Part shown: one piece after another, positions 34,560-47,190 of the stretch | How positions within the stretch are numbered: the stretch's first letter is position 1 | Layout of the letters: the number at the start of each line of letters is the position of its first letter | Notes under the pieces: generated by a model | Seen by the model: only the letters and a program-made list of their open reading frames with translations | Database searches by the model: none | What the model was told of the DNA's origin: nothing | Origin: Guillardia theta CCMP2712 | Taxonomy: Eukaryota; Protista; Cryptophyta | Direction: 5' to 3' | Length of the DNA stretch: 64,000 bases | Assembly: GCF_000315625.1 (NCBI RefSeq) | Contig: NW_005434657.1 | Span: forward strand, 575,407 to 639,406 | Program-made: the position numbers and the translations under genes

Positions 34560-37102
34560 TGCTTACTGTACAAGTTTGTCGTTCTATCCCCATCGTCCTC
34601 TGCTTCCGCTTTTCGCTCCCTTGTCTTCGTGGACCAGACGGTCTGACGACATGCAAGTCAGTCTTCCCCCGTCTCCTCCCCTCTCATCTCACTCAGCGAC
34701 TGTCGCAACCGCAGAGCTCTCTTCCTGCTCTCTGCCAGCTGACGATGAAGCTCCTCGTCGCTGCTCATGTCCTCCTGCATCGACTTGGTCAGCTGAGCGT
34801 CGCCGGGCAAGGGTCGGGGGTGGCTAGAATGAGGCAGGAGGAGGAGGAAAGGAGAGAAAGCGGAGGGAGGAGAGGTTACCTCCATCCCATTCAGCGCCAG
34901 TCTGTCAACAGAGGATGCAGCAGCTTCTTCGCCAAGTCGAAGCCCTGCAGCACACATCACGAGACCTCAGCCATCAACCCCTCCCCTCCCACCTCTACTC
35001 TGCTCTGCATCCTTCATCACAAGCGAGCTGCTATTCCGCATTGTAAGGCGGCGGATCAATCTCTCCCACGCAGACTCCGCCTGCTTGTTTCCTCCGATCG
35101 CCTTCGGGATCGCATCCAGATTGTGCTCCTTCATGCACGACTGCACCTTCTCCTCGTTCTGCTGCAGGGCCAACCGCACCACCTGCTCCTCCTCTTCATT
35201 CAGCACCAGCTGCTCCGCGATCGTCTCATGCAGCGCAAGGTTCTCGGACGATCGATACTTGAACTGACTGTGAGCGTCAGACACGATGCTCGAGAGCAGA
35301 GAGATCCGGCTCGTCACGTTCCTCATCGCCTCTGACGACGCCAGTAGGCGAGCCTGCAGCTCCACAGCCAACGCTTCGCTCTCCTCCTTGAGCTTCTCGA
35401 CAACTCCCAGCTGATGGTCCAGCAGCTCCAGCTGCTCGTTCAACCGCAGGAGCAGCTCCAGCAGGATACTCTTCACCTCCTTGACCTCCTCCGTGTCCTC
35501 AATGTGGATCTCGAGCTGCTCGCCCCTGCTTTGCCTGCGATCCTGCAGCAGCGGGTCGAGGCTGTCGATCCTTCTCTCCATCTCTAGCAGGCGTCCAGTG
35601 TCAGAGCTGGCTCGTCTAAGTTGGTTTTGGCTCAAAAGCTTCAGAATGTACAAGATCAGCTCCCGCTCATCGAGGATGTTCTTCTTGCTCTCCTCGTTCC
35701 TCTGTACGGATTGTTGGTAGTGTCTTGCAGCAACCTTAGCAGCCTCGGAGACAGAGAGATTCTTCATCGCCTCATCGTTGTACAACTCTTCAAGACGATT
35801 CAACTTGCTCTGCTTATCTAGCAACTTGGACTGGATTGTGAGGAACAAGGAGCTAGAGTTGTGAAGTTTTTCTTCAGCCTTGCTGTCTGCACTTGAAAGG
35901 CTCGCATTCTTTGCCAGCAGAATGGAGAGCATGGCGCGCAGCCCTTGTGACACCATCATGGTCCCTAAGCAAGGTTGCATGCCGACCGCAATCTTCTCGA
36001 TCAGCTCATTGAGTCTCCTTCTCAATCGCATCACGTCCTCTAGATTCTGCTGGTTCCCCTTGTGGACGAGCGACATCGATGATCCGACGCCCTGAATGAG
36101 GTCAGCGAAGCTCGAGTTGAGCGAGAAGATGCTGATGAAGCTCGCGTCCTTCCATGCCTCCAGCATCGGCTGCAACTTTCCTATCTCACCTTCCGCTTTC
36201 GCAACCAACGAGGAAACTTGTACGACCATATCATTCCACATGCGCAGCTTATTCTTCACTCCTTGCTCGGCGGTGTCGGTGAGATTTCGAGCTAATCGAC
36301 TCCAGAAGCTCATCTTGCCGTCTTGTGCAGCAAACAAATCTTTCTTCACCTCGTCTCCTCTTGCACGAAGAGTGTTGCCATACTTTTTCAGCGTGTCTTT
36401 GATAAAAGTGCGGTAGGACTGACTCTGGCTGTCTAATACAACGTTCAGCTTGTTTGCATCTCTTGCCAGTGCTCGGACATTTCGGTCTCGTTCATCAAAC
36501 GCCGTCGTCTTAAGCACTGGTGGAACCCTTGTGTAGAGGTTCTGAAGCGCTTTCAACGCTTTGTCTTGTATTTCGTCTCTCTGCCTGTTGCTTTGACGCA
36601 TGTCAATCGCCTCCTCCTTGATGCGATGGAGGGTCTTGATCTGTTCCTCCAAGTCGAACTTCCTCATCACCGCTTCCTCTGCCGCGTGGAGCCTACCTCT
36701 GGCATTTAGCAGGTCGGTATGCATAAGGCTTCTCCACACCCCTCTCTCCCCCAGGTAAGCTCTAACCATGTCCGCAGAGGATTGCAACTGTTTGTTGACC
36801 TGCGGTTGGATTTCGTAGAAGGCTTCTATCTTCTCCAGCTTCTCTTTCACTCGCTCTTCCTCAGTCTGAATGTCTTCCCCATCCCAGTCTACCATTGCTG
36901 TACTCTGTCTCCGTCCAAATTCCCGGCGAGCTTGGGCCAGGAAAAGGTCTTGATCTCTTCCTTTTTCATTTGACATGAGCTCGATCTCATCACTCCTGAC
37001 CTTGCCGTTGGATCCCTCAGATCTGATCACGAGCAGCAGGACCGTCCCGATGAAGCAAGCGGCAGTCCCGATGACAAAGATCTTTCTCCCCCACTCAGCC
37101 AT
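34560..37102 (-). CDS. Long coiled-coil protein with N-terminal signal anchor (type II membrane or secreted), unknown function; 3' end approximate
   Basis: Open frame of about 2.1 kb from MAEWGRKIFVIGTAACFIGTVLLLVIRS (ATG 37102), then L/E/K/Q-rich heptads; probable short 3' exons near 34600-34950. Confidence 0.75.
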
Positions 37103-37495
37103 ACCGCCGGCAGTTCGATCAGTAGAGCAAGAGGGAGGAGGAGGAGCGAAGTTGATCCTCAGCTGGAGGGCGACCATCACCTTCCTACCGCCATGTGCGC
37201 CCAATATAGTTTAACGGTTGTAACTGTCGTTCACAACAATCCGTAACGACTGTAACGATTGCTGAAGGGTACCCCACCCGATACCGAACAAGGGTAGTCA
37301 AAATAACGAAGTACCCCCATAAACTACCCAATATAACCCCACCTTTGTACTGGATTTCTCACCCCACCCCCCTTGATGCTACCACCCTTCATTTATTACT
37401 CCCCAAGGGTCCTGCCACGTACCCCCAGAGGAGACTACCCCCTTTCTGCCAATGAAAACCACCCGTCCTCCATCCTCTAAGAACCCTCGTGCGCG

Positions 37496-39369
37496 ATGCT
37501 GGACATCAACGGGTTCAGGGAGGAGAAGGGCGGAGACCCTGAGAAGGTGCGAGAGTCGCAGAGAAGGAGGCACAAGGACGTGCAGATCGTTGACAAGGTC
37601 ATCGAGGCCGATGTCCAATGGCGCCAACTTCAGTTCAAGGTTGACAACTTGAGGGGGGACTATGGCAAAGTCAACAAGGAAGTGGCGATGAAGAAGAAGG
37701 CGGGAGAGAACGCAGATGAACTCATTGCCAAAGCGAAAGAGATCGATGCCGAGATCAAGGCAGCCGAGGAGCTTTGCAACAAGTGCATGGCTGAGAGAGA
37801 TGAAATGTTGTGCAAGATTGGCAACTTGGTGCCTGATTCGGTGCCCGTCAGCGACGACGAGGACAACAATGCCATCATTCGCACCTTCGCTCTCGAGAAG
37901 GTTCTGCAGACCGAGAGTGTTCCTGAGTTCAAGATCGTCAAGGAGCTTGATGCTGCCGCCTCGAAGCACGAGGGCAAGCTTAGTCACGTGGATCTCGTCC
38001 CCATGCTCGGACTAGCGGACACGGAGCGAGGGGCTGCCATTGCCGGTGAGATTCGTGCCGAGCAAGCTGCTGCTGGCTGAACTGATGTTGCCTGTGTAGG
38101 AAACAGAGGCTACTTCCTCGTTGGTGATGGCGTCTTGCTCAATCAGGCGCTCATCAGCTACGGTCTTGCGTTCCTCTGCCCCCGCGGATATGTTCCCATC
38201 CAGACTCCATTCTTCATGCAGAAAGATGCCATGGCGGCGGTGGCCCAGGTGCAGTCGTTGAGGTCCGAGTGTGCTGAGCGTGACTCGTTGGTGCAGCTCG
38301 CGCAATTCGATGAGGAGTTGTACAAAGTCAGCGGCGAGGGCGACGACAAATACCTCATCGCCACCTCGGAACAGCCGATCTGCGCTTACCACCGAAATCT
38401 GTGGGTTGATCCCAAGGAGCTGCCAAGAAAGTTGGAGATTGATCGCTCGCTGGCTGTGCGTGCTGAGAGCTCTGACGCAGGTACGTGGGTATCTCCACAT
38501 GCTTCAGAAAGGAGGTTGGCTCCCACGGGCGTGACACGCTCGGCATCTTCCGCGTGCATCAGTTCGAGAAGATTGAGCAGTTTTGCGTGACGTCACCAGA
38601 GGACAACAAGTGATCGTGCGCTGCGACTGTTTCGGGGCGTTGAAAGTTGCTCTGTAGGTCGTGGGAGATGCTAGAAGAGATGATCGGAACGTCAGAAGAA
38701 TTCTACAAGTCCCTTGGGATCCCTTATCGTGTTGTCGCTATCGTTTCTGGTGCTTTGAATGACGCGGCAGGTCTGTTTTACTCTCTCCTTTCTCCCATCT
38801 CTCTCTCCTTTCTGCCATCTCTCTCTCCTTTCTCTTATCTCATCGTGCTCTCTCTTACGTGTTCTTACGTCTTCTCACCAGCCAAGAAGTACGATCTTGA
38901 AGCGTGGTTCCCTGGCTCCGGAGCATATCGTGAATTGGTGAAACCTTGCAAGAGCAGGTCAAGATGTTCACTGATGTGTTTGTGGCAACAGGTCAGCTGC
39001 TCCAACTGCACTGACTATCAGGCTCGACGTGTCGAGACTCGCTTTGGTGCCTCTGCTGCTCAGAAGAAGCAGGTGTGGAGTGGAGGAGAAAGACAAGGCT
39101 TGTATGACGCCTTCCAGGTCGGCACCAACGTGAAGAGCTACGTTCATATGCTCAACTCGACGCTGACGGCGACTGAAAGAACTCTGTGCTGCCTGGTCGA
39201 GAACTATCAGGTACAGCAGATGACGACATTTGTTGTTGATGATGATGATGTGCGGCAGACGGAAGACGGGATGAACGTCCCTGAGGTGCTTCAGCCATTC
39301 ATGGGCGGCAAGAAGTTCATTCCATTCGTGAACCCGAAACCTGTTGAAAAGAAGGACAAGAAGAAGTGA
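37496..39369 (+). CDS. SARS: Seryl-tRNA synthetase, cytosolic eukaryotic type, 9 exons
   Basis: [107 protein letters not shown]. Confidence 0.97.
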
Positions 39370-39913
39370 TAGCAGCTCTGCTACCACTCACACAACTCGA
39401 CTCTGACCCTCTTCGTCTGCTGATGGAGGTTGGCTTCGAGTGTGCGAAACGGCCGGGAGAGTGCGAGGACAACTTTTCGATATTCTTTTCGTTGTCACGA
39501 TATCTTTGAGACAAACCATTGTGACTGTCTGGTACACCACCAAAGGTCGATGCATCACATTGTGTTGCTTCGGGAGTTACCACAGACTTGTCCGCAATCG
39601 TCAGGGTTTCCTGAGATTGAAGTCACGTTTCTTCAAGTTCACTCGCGAGTGGTAGAGGTAGTGGAAACTAGTAAGCAAGTAGGTGAAATTTGAAGTGATG
39701 TTGGTAGAGGAACCGACAAGCTTGTCTGTGTTGCAAGACATGACGGTACAAGTCCATGGTCGTGCCTCTAAAAAGGAACCTAAACTGCCTGATAGAAACA
39801 CCACCCCTACCCCCCTGAAATACGATAGAAGGAGGGGAGGAAGATGAAGTATTCCTTCGGATCGTGGCGTGGCGACATGGAGCAGTGGAAGAGGGAGGTA
39901 AGACGAAGAAAGA

Positions 39914-40008
39914 AGAGATGAGATGAGATGAGATGAGATGAGAAGAGATGAGATGAGAAGAGATGAGATGAGATGAGATGAGATGAGATGAGATGAGATG
40001 AGATGAGA
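39914..40008. repeat. (GAGAT)n microsatellite
   Basis: Pentamer run. Confidence 0.95.
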
Positions 40009-40245
40009 GAAAGACTGGAGAAGAGAAGTCAGGGGAGACGAGAGAAGTAAATGATTGTTGGGGAATCGGTTTGGGGCAAGAGGAGGAGGAGGAGGAGGAG
40101 GATTGGACTATTCTGGATAAGTAGAAGGAGAGGAGGGAGGCGAGAAGAGTTTTCGACAGCAGACTGAAGAAGAGAGAGGTTGATAGCATATCAGAGATCT
40201 CTGAAGGCAGACTAAGAGATTACTCTGAAGGCAGACTGAAGGAAA

Positions 40246-41891
40246 TGGACGCAAAGATCTTTTGGATGGTGAGGAGGAACAAAGTTACAGGAGAGAAGCA
40301 CTAGGGGAGAGCAGGTGAAGCACGGAAAGAGTTGGAGACAAGACTAGCCTGCTGGATTTGAGTTGAATAGCTTCTGATCGCTCCGTTGCCTGCCTGTGTG
40401 TTGAAAGAAAGAAATTGATGCTGTTCGCAGATCGACGAGATGCGGAGCGAGGTGAGGAACGTCAATGCGCGATTGGAGCAGATGCTGGATAAGATGAACG
40501 AGTGGCGAGCTGTCAATCACGACAAGGAAACATTCCCTGCTGGTGGACGGCAGGCGAAGCAGGTGATTTCAAACTTGACGAGATGTTTGAGGAGCTTCTG
40601 ATGTCATTTCAGCCGCATGCACAGGAAACAGATGCGTCAAACACCTCAGTCGAGTCATCCGCCAGGGACGCGAATGCGGCGAGCAGCGAGAAGGAAGATG
40701 AGGATGCTGAAGCGATCAACAACATGGCGAAGAAGATGTTTGACATGTTTGAAAGGCTCAATCGAATCGAAAGCGGATCACACCAACGAAACTTCGATCC
40801 CTCCTCGCTGCAGTTGCCCGTGCAGGCAGGTCACAGGACGAGCTCGCCCTCTAGCCCCACGAGGCGGAGGACCAGGACAGCAAGGGAGAGCTACAAGAGC
40901 GAAGCCCTTGAGAGGCAGCAAGAGTTTGAGGTCCTCGCGTCTCTCCTCCGCTCCCGTCTGAGGGCTGGTGCAGGCGAGAGTCGAGGCCGCAAGATCGAAA
41001 GTCTCCAAGTCTCCAGCACAGGTAGGGAGAGAGCGATCGAGACGCTCTCTGACAGCCTCTTCAGACCCCTGACCTCGGCAGGGTCTACGTGTGGGAGAAG
41101 AGCGACAAGAAGCAAGTCGGAGGCTCTCGGAGTGGGAGGAAGCATTTCAGCCCGAGATCGTCGCTCAACGGTCTTACTGAGATGTGACGTGTCAGTTCTT
41201 GACGGCCAGCAGAGGAGCCGAGCATCATCCCTCTGTCCAAGAAGTCAACGGAGAACGACTCCCTCAAGCTCTCTCGCATCGCTCACTCTGACTTCGGACT
41301 GAAACCTAAGGAGGGAGCTCCCACTTGTGACTACCCGCCGGCAAGACATAGCCCTGAAGGTTCCTCCTCCTCCTCCGCCTCTCCTCCGTTGCTCGTGTAT
41401 GCTTGTGTTGACGCTGGTTACAGGCAAATCTGTCGTCCCCTGGATTCCCGAGACCTTGCCGCAGGAGAGCACGAGCCAGAAGCATCGAGCTCCGGTCGAG
41501 CAACCGGATCGACGCGAGCGATGGCTAGACTTCAGTTCCAACAGATCCCTGGTTCGACGAGTCCAGCTGGAGGACTTCTCAGGTCTGACTCTCAGCCGCT
41601 CGTACTCGTGACGCCTCGAGCAGACGCTGCTGGGTCGCGGAGGAGGACCTCTGGTGAGACCTCAGCTGGAGAGGGTGAGGGTGAGAATGCTCGGCTCTTG
41701 TGGGTTGTGGATGAATGAAGAGGACAGGTCGAGGAAAGCGCATCGTCCACTCTCCTCGAGTGGGGAAGGAGGACGATCGGGCTGAAGACGTCAAGACTGG
41801 TAAGAGATACTTCAAAGAGAGATTAGAAGCTGCTCCTCGCCCTTACGGAACAGACCGTCAAGATGTCGAGTTCAACAAACAAAGCAGCTGA
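40246..41891 (+). CDS. Hypothetical multi-exon protein (coiled coil plus Ser/Arg-rich); boundaries uncertain
   Basis: Coding-like exons (IDEMRSEVRNVNARLEQMLDKMN; EAINNMAKKMFDMFERLNRIE) separated by GT-AG introns. Confidence 0.5.
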
Positions 41892-41985
41892 CGAAACTCA
41901 AAGACTTCTGAAAGACTGTCTGTCTGTTATGCACAAACTTCATTCACATATCATCTATTCACAACTCTATTCACGATGAGGCTTC

Positions 41986-44900
41986 TCAGTTGCGCTCGAC
42001 GGTGTTGGGAGTCTGTCCGTCGTTCGCGCTGTAGTAGTTCTTGTTCAGGAGAAGCGCGAGAGACTCTGAGCTCCACACGTCGCCGCTCTCTCGAGTCGGC
42101 GAGCTGGAGTCTTGGCTGTACTTGTCTTTGGAGGACATTTGCCGGACAGGAACGAGCGTAGTCAACTTGTACGTCCCGCCGCTGTCCAGCTCTACCACTT
42201 TCATCTTCTGCTTGAGCACCTGCTGCCTTGTCAGAGCCATCCCGACGTTCCTCCTCCTCCTCCTCCTCTTCTCACCGGATGTTGTGAGCTCCCAAACACA
42301 GACTTCTGACGATTCTCCGATTTCGCCCAATCCTCGACATCTTTGAAGGGGTTGTTCTTGATGGCCTTGCGCAGCATTGAGTCCACGATCTTGAGCAATG
42401 TGAGCAGCGCGACAAGAGAAGGACGGCAAGATACTCTTTGCTGCTCCTCTCGCACTTGTTTCTCTTTGGCCCGCATGGCAGGTGTAGTTCCAAACCTGGT
42501 CTTGCCGTCACTTCTCCCGAGGAAGATGTCGACGATGGTCTTGCTGTCCTCCTGCATGTGGGTGAGCTTGTAGAGACGAGGATGAGGCGCCTGCGGACCT
42601 TGGCCTTGAGGACTGTGTCCTTGTTCTTCCTCTTCACAACCTCCATGTCCAACTTCCCCGAGACCGGGTCAATCAGAGGCATCCCGAAGTACCTGCAACA
42701 CGCTGAGAACGCTGCTGCGCATGTGACGGCAAATCTACTTGTCATCTGACTTGACATTTTTGCGCTGATCGCCTTCGAAGAAGCTAAACCATTCGTTCTG
42801 CGTCTTCTGATTCGGCTGGAAGCAAGCTTAGACCTGACAACTTCTGCTCTCGCGCCTGCACTCACCTCTTGGTTCTTGTCGTTTCCAAACAACTACACAC
42901 GACATGCTCAGCGTTCAGCGCTTCAACTCACACCTCATCGCTCACCGCATCAAACTTGTCTTTTGCACTTTTCCAACCCTCGAGGGCCTCACGAGGCAAC
43001 GCCAGCATCACTTGCTTCGGTAGAGGCATTCCTTGACCGAGCTCAAGGTATTCCAACTCCAGCTCGAGGGCTTTGATTTCCTGCCAACCTAGAATCACTC
43101 CTGCGCTCTCCCCGCGTTCTGAGGAGCTCACATAATCTTCTCGGATGACGCGATATTTGAGCTTCTCCAAGTCCCGTTGAGCCGCTTCGATCTTCAACCA
43201 ACATCAAAGCTTTTCCCATAAGTTCAACGATTTGTTACATTTTTCTGGGAAAGGGCAATTTTATGCCTCCCGTGCTCTTCGATCATCTTGGGGGGGTCTG
43301 CTGTACATTTCTTGATGACATCTTGTATTGACAACTCTTCTGTGGTCAGCTTGTGCTCCAACTCTTTGATCTTCTCAGCTAAAGATGACTGAGAAATCGC
43401 GCTATTAGTCAGAGCCCTTTGAGGTAGAACAGCAATCTCAGTACTTGTTTTTGTTTCTTTCGCTCGAGCAACGTCTGTTTATCAAGAACGCCTTGTCCGA
43501 AGCTGTTGGTCTTTGTACGCCATGTTTGCTTACTCTCATACAGTGTCGAGCCCGTTAAAGTCGCTTGTACTTTGACCTGGAAACTCAGCTGAGTCTACTG
43601 TACAACAGTTAGTGAAGCAATACATCTGTAAGAAATCGTCCCCCATCTGGGAATTTGATCTTGGAATATCCACCCTTCACTATGTCTCTCACTCTGCAAG
43701 CCTTGTCAACCGCTTTAAGTGCGAGCACAAGCAGCATCTCACTCGACTTCTCTCCCCTGTATCGTCTTCTCGGGAACTGAAGACATCTTCTTCCCTTTCG
43801 AGATATGCTGGAGCTCATGTCAGAACTTGAACTCTTCCGCGTGTGTCAGCTACTTCAACAAACTCTTTCGATCCTGTCGCCTCGATGATGACCTGCACCC
43901 ATCAGTCCGCACGCCCTCTGCCCGCACAACAAGCGACGTACAGGTGCTATAGAGGACATTGGCTTCCAAATCAGCTGATCCAACAAGGTAGGATTCTCTT
44001 CTGGTCCTGTCCACACGAGGCCCCCGGAGTAGAACCTGTTGTGAAGGTCATCGTTGTAACTTCAACAGACACCAAGAGACTTTGGCAGGCTAGTCACGCT
44101 CAGTTTCTTCTTCAGAATTCCTTGCAGCTTAGTTTCAGAGAAGATCTGTTCATGTATGATGATGTCTCCTTCCACCTGAGACATTGATACATTCAATCAA
44201 TGAGTGTCTCCAATAGCAATCATCTACTTTGTCTTGAACAAAAATACGGATCTGATACGCATTGGCAGAATTCTTCAAAGACACGGTGATGTCGTCCTCT
44301 TTCAACCCATTTGAGTCCTTTCCATGAGAATTCAAGCATGTTCTAGCTGAATCAAACACTGTCGCCTTCAAGTTTGTTTGAAACTCCTCGTTCATGCCGT
44401 CATCTTCTTCGTAGTTGACTGTGAATTGCACTGATGGCCCTTGGGCTTGCAGGTATCCTTCCTCCCACACGACAGGACCGAGGATGGGTTTCTGATGTGC
44501 TCCCTCCCCCTCTTGCAGCTTCATAGTGCCGAAGATCGTGCGATCCCTACTGCAGATCAGCGCAAACAAGACTCGACACAATGCACAACCATTCTACTTC
44601 CGTGTCTCCGGGTTTCTTCTTCCCCAGCAACCTGTGGGTGAGTGTGAAGAGTATGAACTGAATGAAGGCTCAAGTCACTCAAGCTACCTCTCCACCATCT
44701 CAACCTTCGATTGTTCGGGATTGTCTGTACTGGTTTGAGCTTGTTCTTTCTTTTGTGGTACCAAGTTCTGATTGAAAGGCCATCCTATCACGCATCATAT
44801 CATTCGAAGGAGACAAAGCAAAGCAAACAGATTACCTAAGTTTGCGTTAATTTGATTTCCCAACCTGCAATACATTCAATCTTTCAAGGAATTTGAGAAC

Positions 44901-45280
44901 ACCCGTCCATTTACTCGATCTTCTCGATTCGATCATCAATTTCTGCTTTCGCCTTCTTGCGATGATACTCGATCCTTCTCATTTCCTGCGAGCCGTGAAG
45001 GGTGAGATCAAGCATCGCAAGAGCATGACATGGTTACATCGACTTGAGCAAGGGCCGCGCTGGCTCGCCGACGGTGAGTGTCAGTAGCTGCAGCATCTTG
45101 AGGGCCTCCCTCCGGGTTCATGACTGTGCAAGTCAGTCGTGTGCCACTCCGACCCTCATGCTCACCGCAGCGACGCCGCAGGTACTGCTGCGACATCACA
45201 TCCCGATGCTCGTTGGAGGCCCCGAGCCCTCCTTGCGCTGCTGACCAGCCGGGAACGAGCTGCGACCGGGCGTTGAACAT
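41986..45280 (-). CDS. Hypothetical multi-exon protein, acidic and coiled-coil segments; boundaries uncertain
   Basis: Exon-like pieces (EEGYLQAQGPSVQFTVNYEEDDG.., KIEAAQRDLEKLKYRVIREDY, YFGMPLIDPVSGKLDMEVVKRK) separated by short introns; family not recognised. Confidence 0.55.
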
Positions 45281-45701
45281 GATGCGGGTAGGCGATGGCT
45301 CCTACGTAGCCGCACACTGATACTGCAGCTGGTGATGAGATCAGAGCCAGTGATCGAACCCAAGCAGACGGCTACAGCAAGAACAAGGGAACATCACACT
45401 ATCGTTGTGACAATCATTCACAAGTGATAACTAGAACATTCTACCCAGAGCTCTCTCGTGCCTCACTCGTGGGATATGTGATGATATCAAATGATGCTCT
45501 ACGGTGATTAGCCAGAGATGGGGTGAGATAAAGGCAAGGTGACAGAAGAGGGAACGAGCTTGTAGAAACAAGGATAACCAGGATGAAACGAGGACGAGGG
45601 AAAAGAAGAGGGATCCCAGTAGGTGGGGGCTCAGAAAAGAAGCAGGCGGACGGAGGGAAAGGCAAGGCATCAAGAGTAAGTGAAGCAAGAGAAGATCGAG
45701 T

Positions 45702-46068
45702 GGGGAGTAAGGAGGAGGGTCAGGGAGTAAGGAGGAGGGTCAGAGAGTAAGGAGGAGGGTCAGGGAGCAAGGAGGAGGGTCAGGGAGCAAGGAGGAGGGT
45801 CAGGGAGCAAGGAGGAGGGTCAGGGAGCAAGGAGGGTCAGGGAGTAAGGAGGGTCAGGGAGCAAGGAGGAGGGTCAGGGAGCAAGGAGGAGGGTCAGGGA
45901 GCAAGGAGGGTCAGCGGGCAAGGAGGAGGGTCAGGGAGTAAGGAGGAGGGCCAGGGAGCAAGGAGGGTCAGGGAGCAAGGAGGAGGGTCAGGGAGCAAGG
46001 AGGGTCAGGGAGCAAGGAGGAGGGTCAGGGAGCAAGGAGGAGGGTCAGGGAGCAAGGAGGGTCAGGGG
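45702..46068. repeat. Minisatellite of 20-nt GGAGGAGGGTCAGGGAG(C/T)AA and 17-nt GGAGGGTCAGGGAGCAA units
   Basis: About 19 tandem copies with no unique spacers. Confidence 0.95.
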
Positions 46069-46514
46069 GCAGAGAGTGATTGAGGGCGGGGATGGAAAGT
46101 GAGGGCGGATGATAAGTTTCCCATCGGCATTGCAATGTGAAAGGTCGAAAAGGGTTGTTTGCATACGGGTGGGGTACTCAAATGTTGGGGTGGGGATTCC
46201 ATTGATTTTCCTTATAAGTAGGGGTGGGTACTGTGACGATATGGGTGGTAGGGTCCTTGCCCCCAAGACAGATAGTAACTGGACTTGTCCCACCCTCTGT
46301 GAGATAAAAGGTTTCTAAACCCCTACCTCTGCATTTCCCTTCAAAGTACCCACCCTTTGTGAATACACAAAAACTTTTTCCTAACCCCCACCCCAAGAAA
46401 TCAACATAAAACCTTCTTGCAACTTATCACCAGGCCAAAGATGTTGCCGGGTGGAAAAACTTGGGGGCAGAATGTCGGGGAGACGGAAAGAGTGGAAGAG
46501 GGTTTGAGAATCGA

Positions 46515-46705
46515 GGAGAGCAGAGCAGGAGAGGAGAGGAGAGGAGAGGAGAGCAGAGCAGAGCAGAGCAGGAGAGAGGAGAGCAGAGCATAGCAGAGCA
46601 GAGCAGACCCAGCACAGCACAGCACAGCACAGCACAGCACAGCACAGCACAGCACAGCACAGCACAGCAGGAGAGAGCAGAGCAGAGCAGAGCAGAGCAG
46701 ACCCA
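46515..46705. repeat. Compound (CAGAG)n/(CAGCA)n/(GAGAG)n microsatellite
   Basis: Pentamer runs. Confidence 0.9.
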
Positions 46706-47190
46706 GCATAGTAGCCCTGAAGAGAGATGAGAGGAGCACAAAAAGATTATAGGGGTATATGGGAGGTGACATGTGAATTGCAGAACCTTTACCAAGATTT
46801 GAATTGACTGAAAGCAAGCAGACAATCTTGATAGAAATTTGAAAATAAGAGATTTTGATTTCAAAGCTGATGAAATAGTGATGGTTACGGATGAAGATCG
46901 GATTGACGGGTGTGAGGATGTGAGGATGCTTTAGCAAAACCATCTGAAAGTTCGAAAATGAGAGACCACAGAGGATACAAGAGATCTCTAAATCTTTAGG
47001 TATTCGTATCATGATCTGAGGTATGCTAGTCGAATTATGTTTGTGATAAACCATTGTTATTTCATCCTTTTAACTTCTGCTCTGGTGATGGTGGGATTGG
47101 CATGCTCCATTGTGCTGCCAGCTGTTGATAGTGTTGCCGATCATGGTGACGCTTCATTCTGGAGGAACAACTCATCTTCGGAGCATGGCA

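Noticed and set aside
45702-46068. CRISPR-like array
   Set aside because: Units are contiguous with no unique spacers, no cas genes are present and the context is eukaryotic.
46381-47054. Cys-rich (CCAVL)n and similar low-complexity ORFs (SSHLI, APAP, poly-I/S/L)
   Set aside because: Translations of microsatellites.
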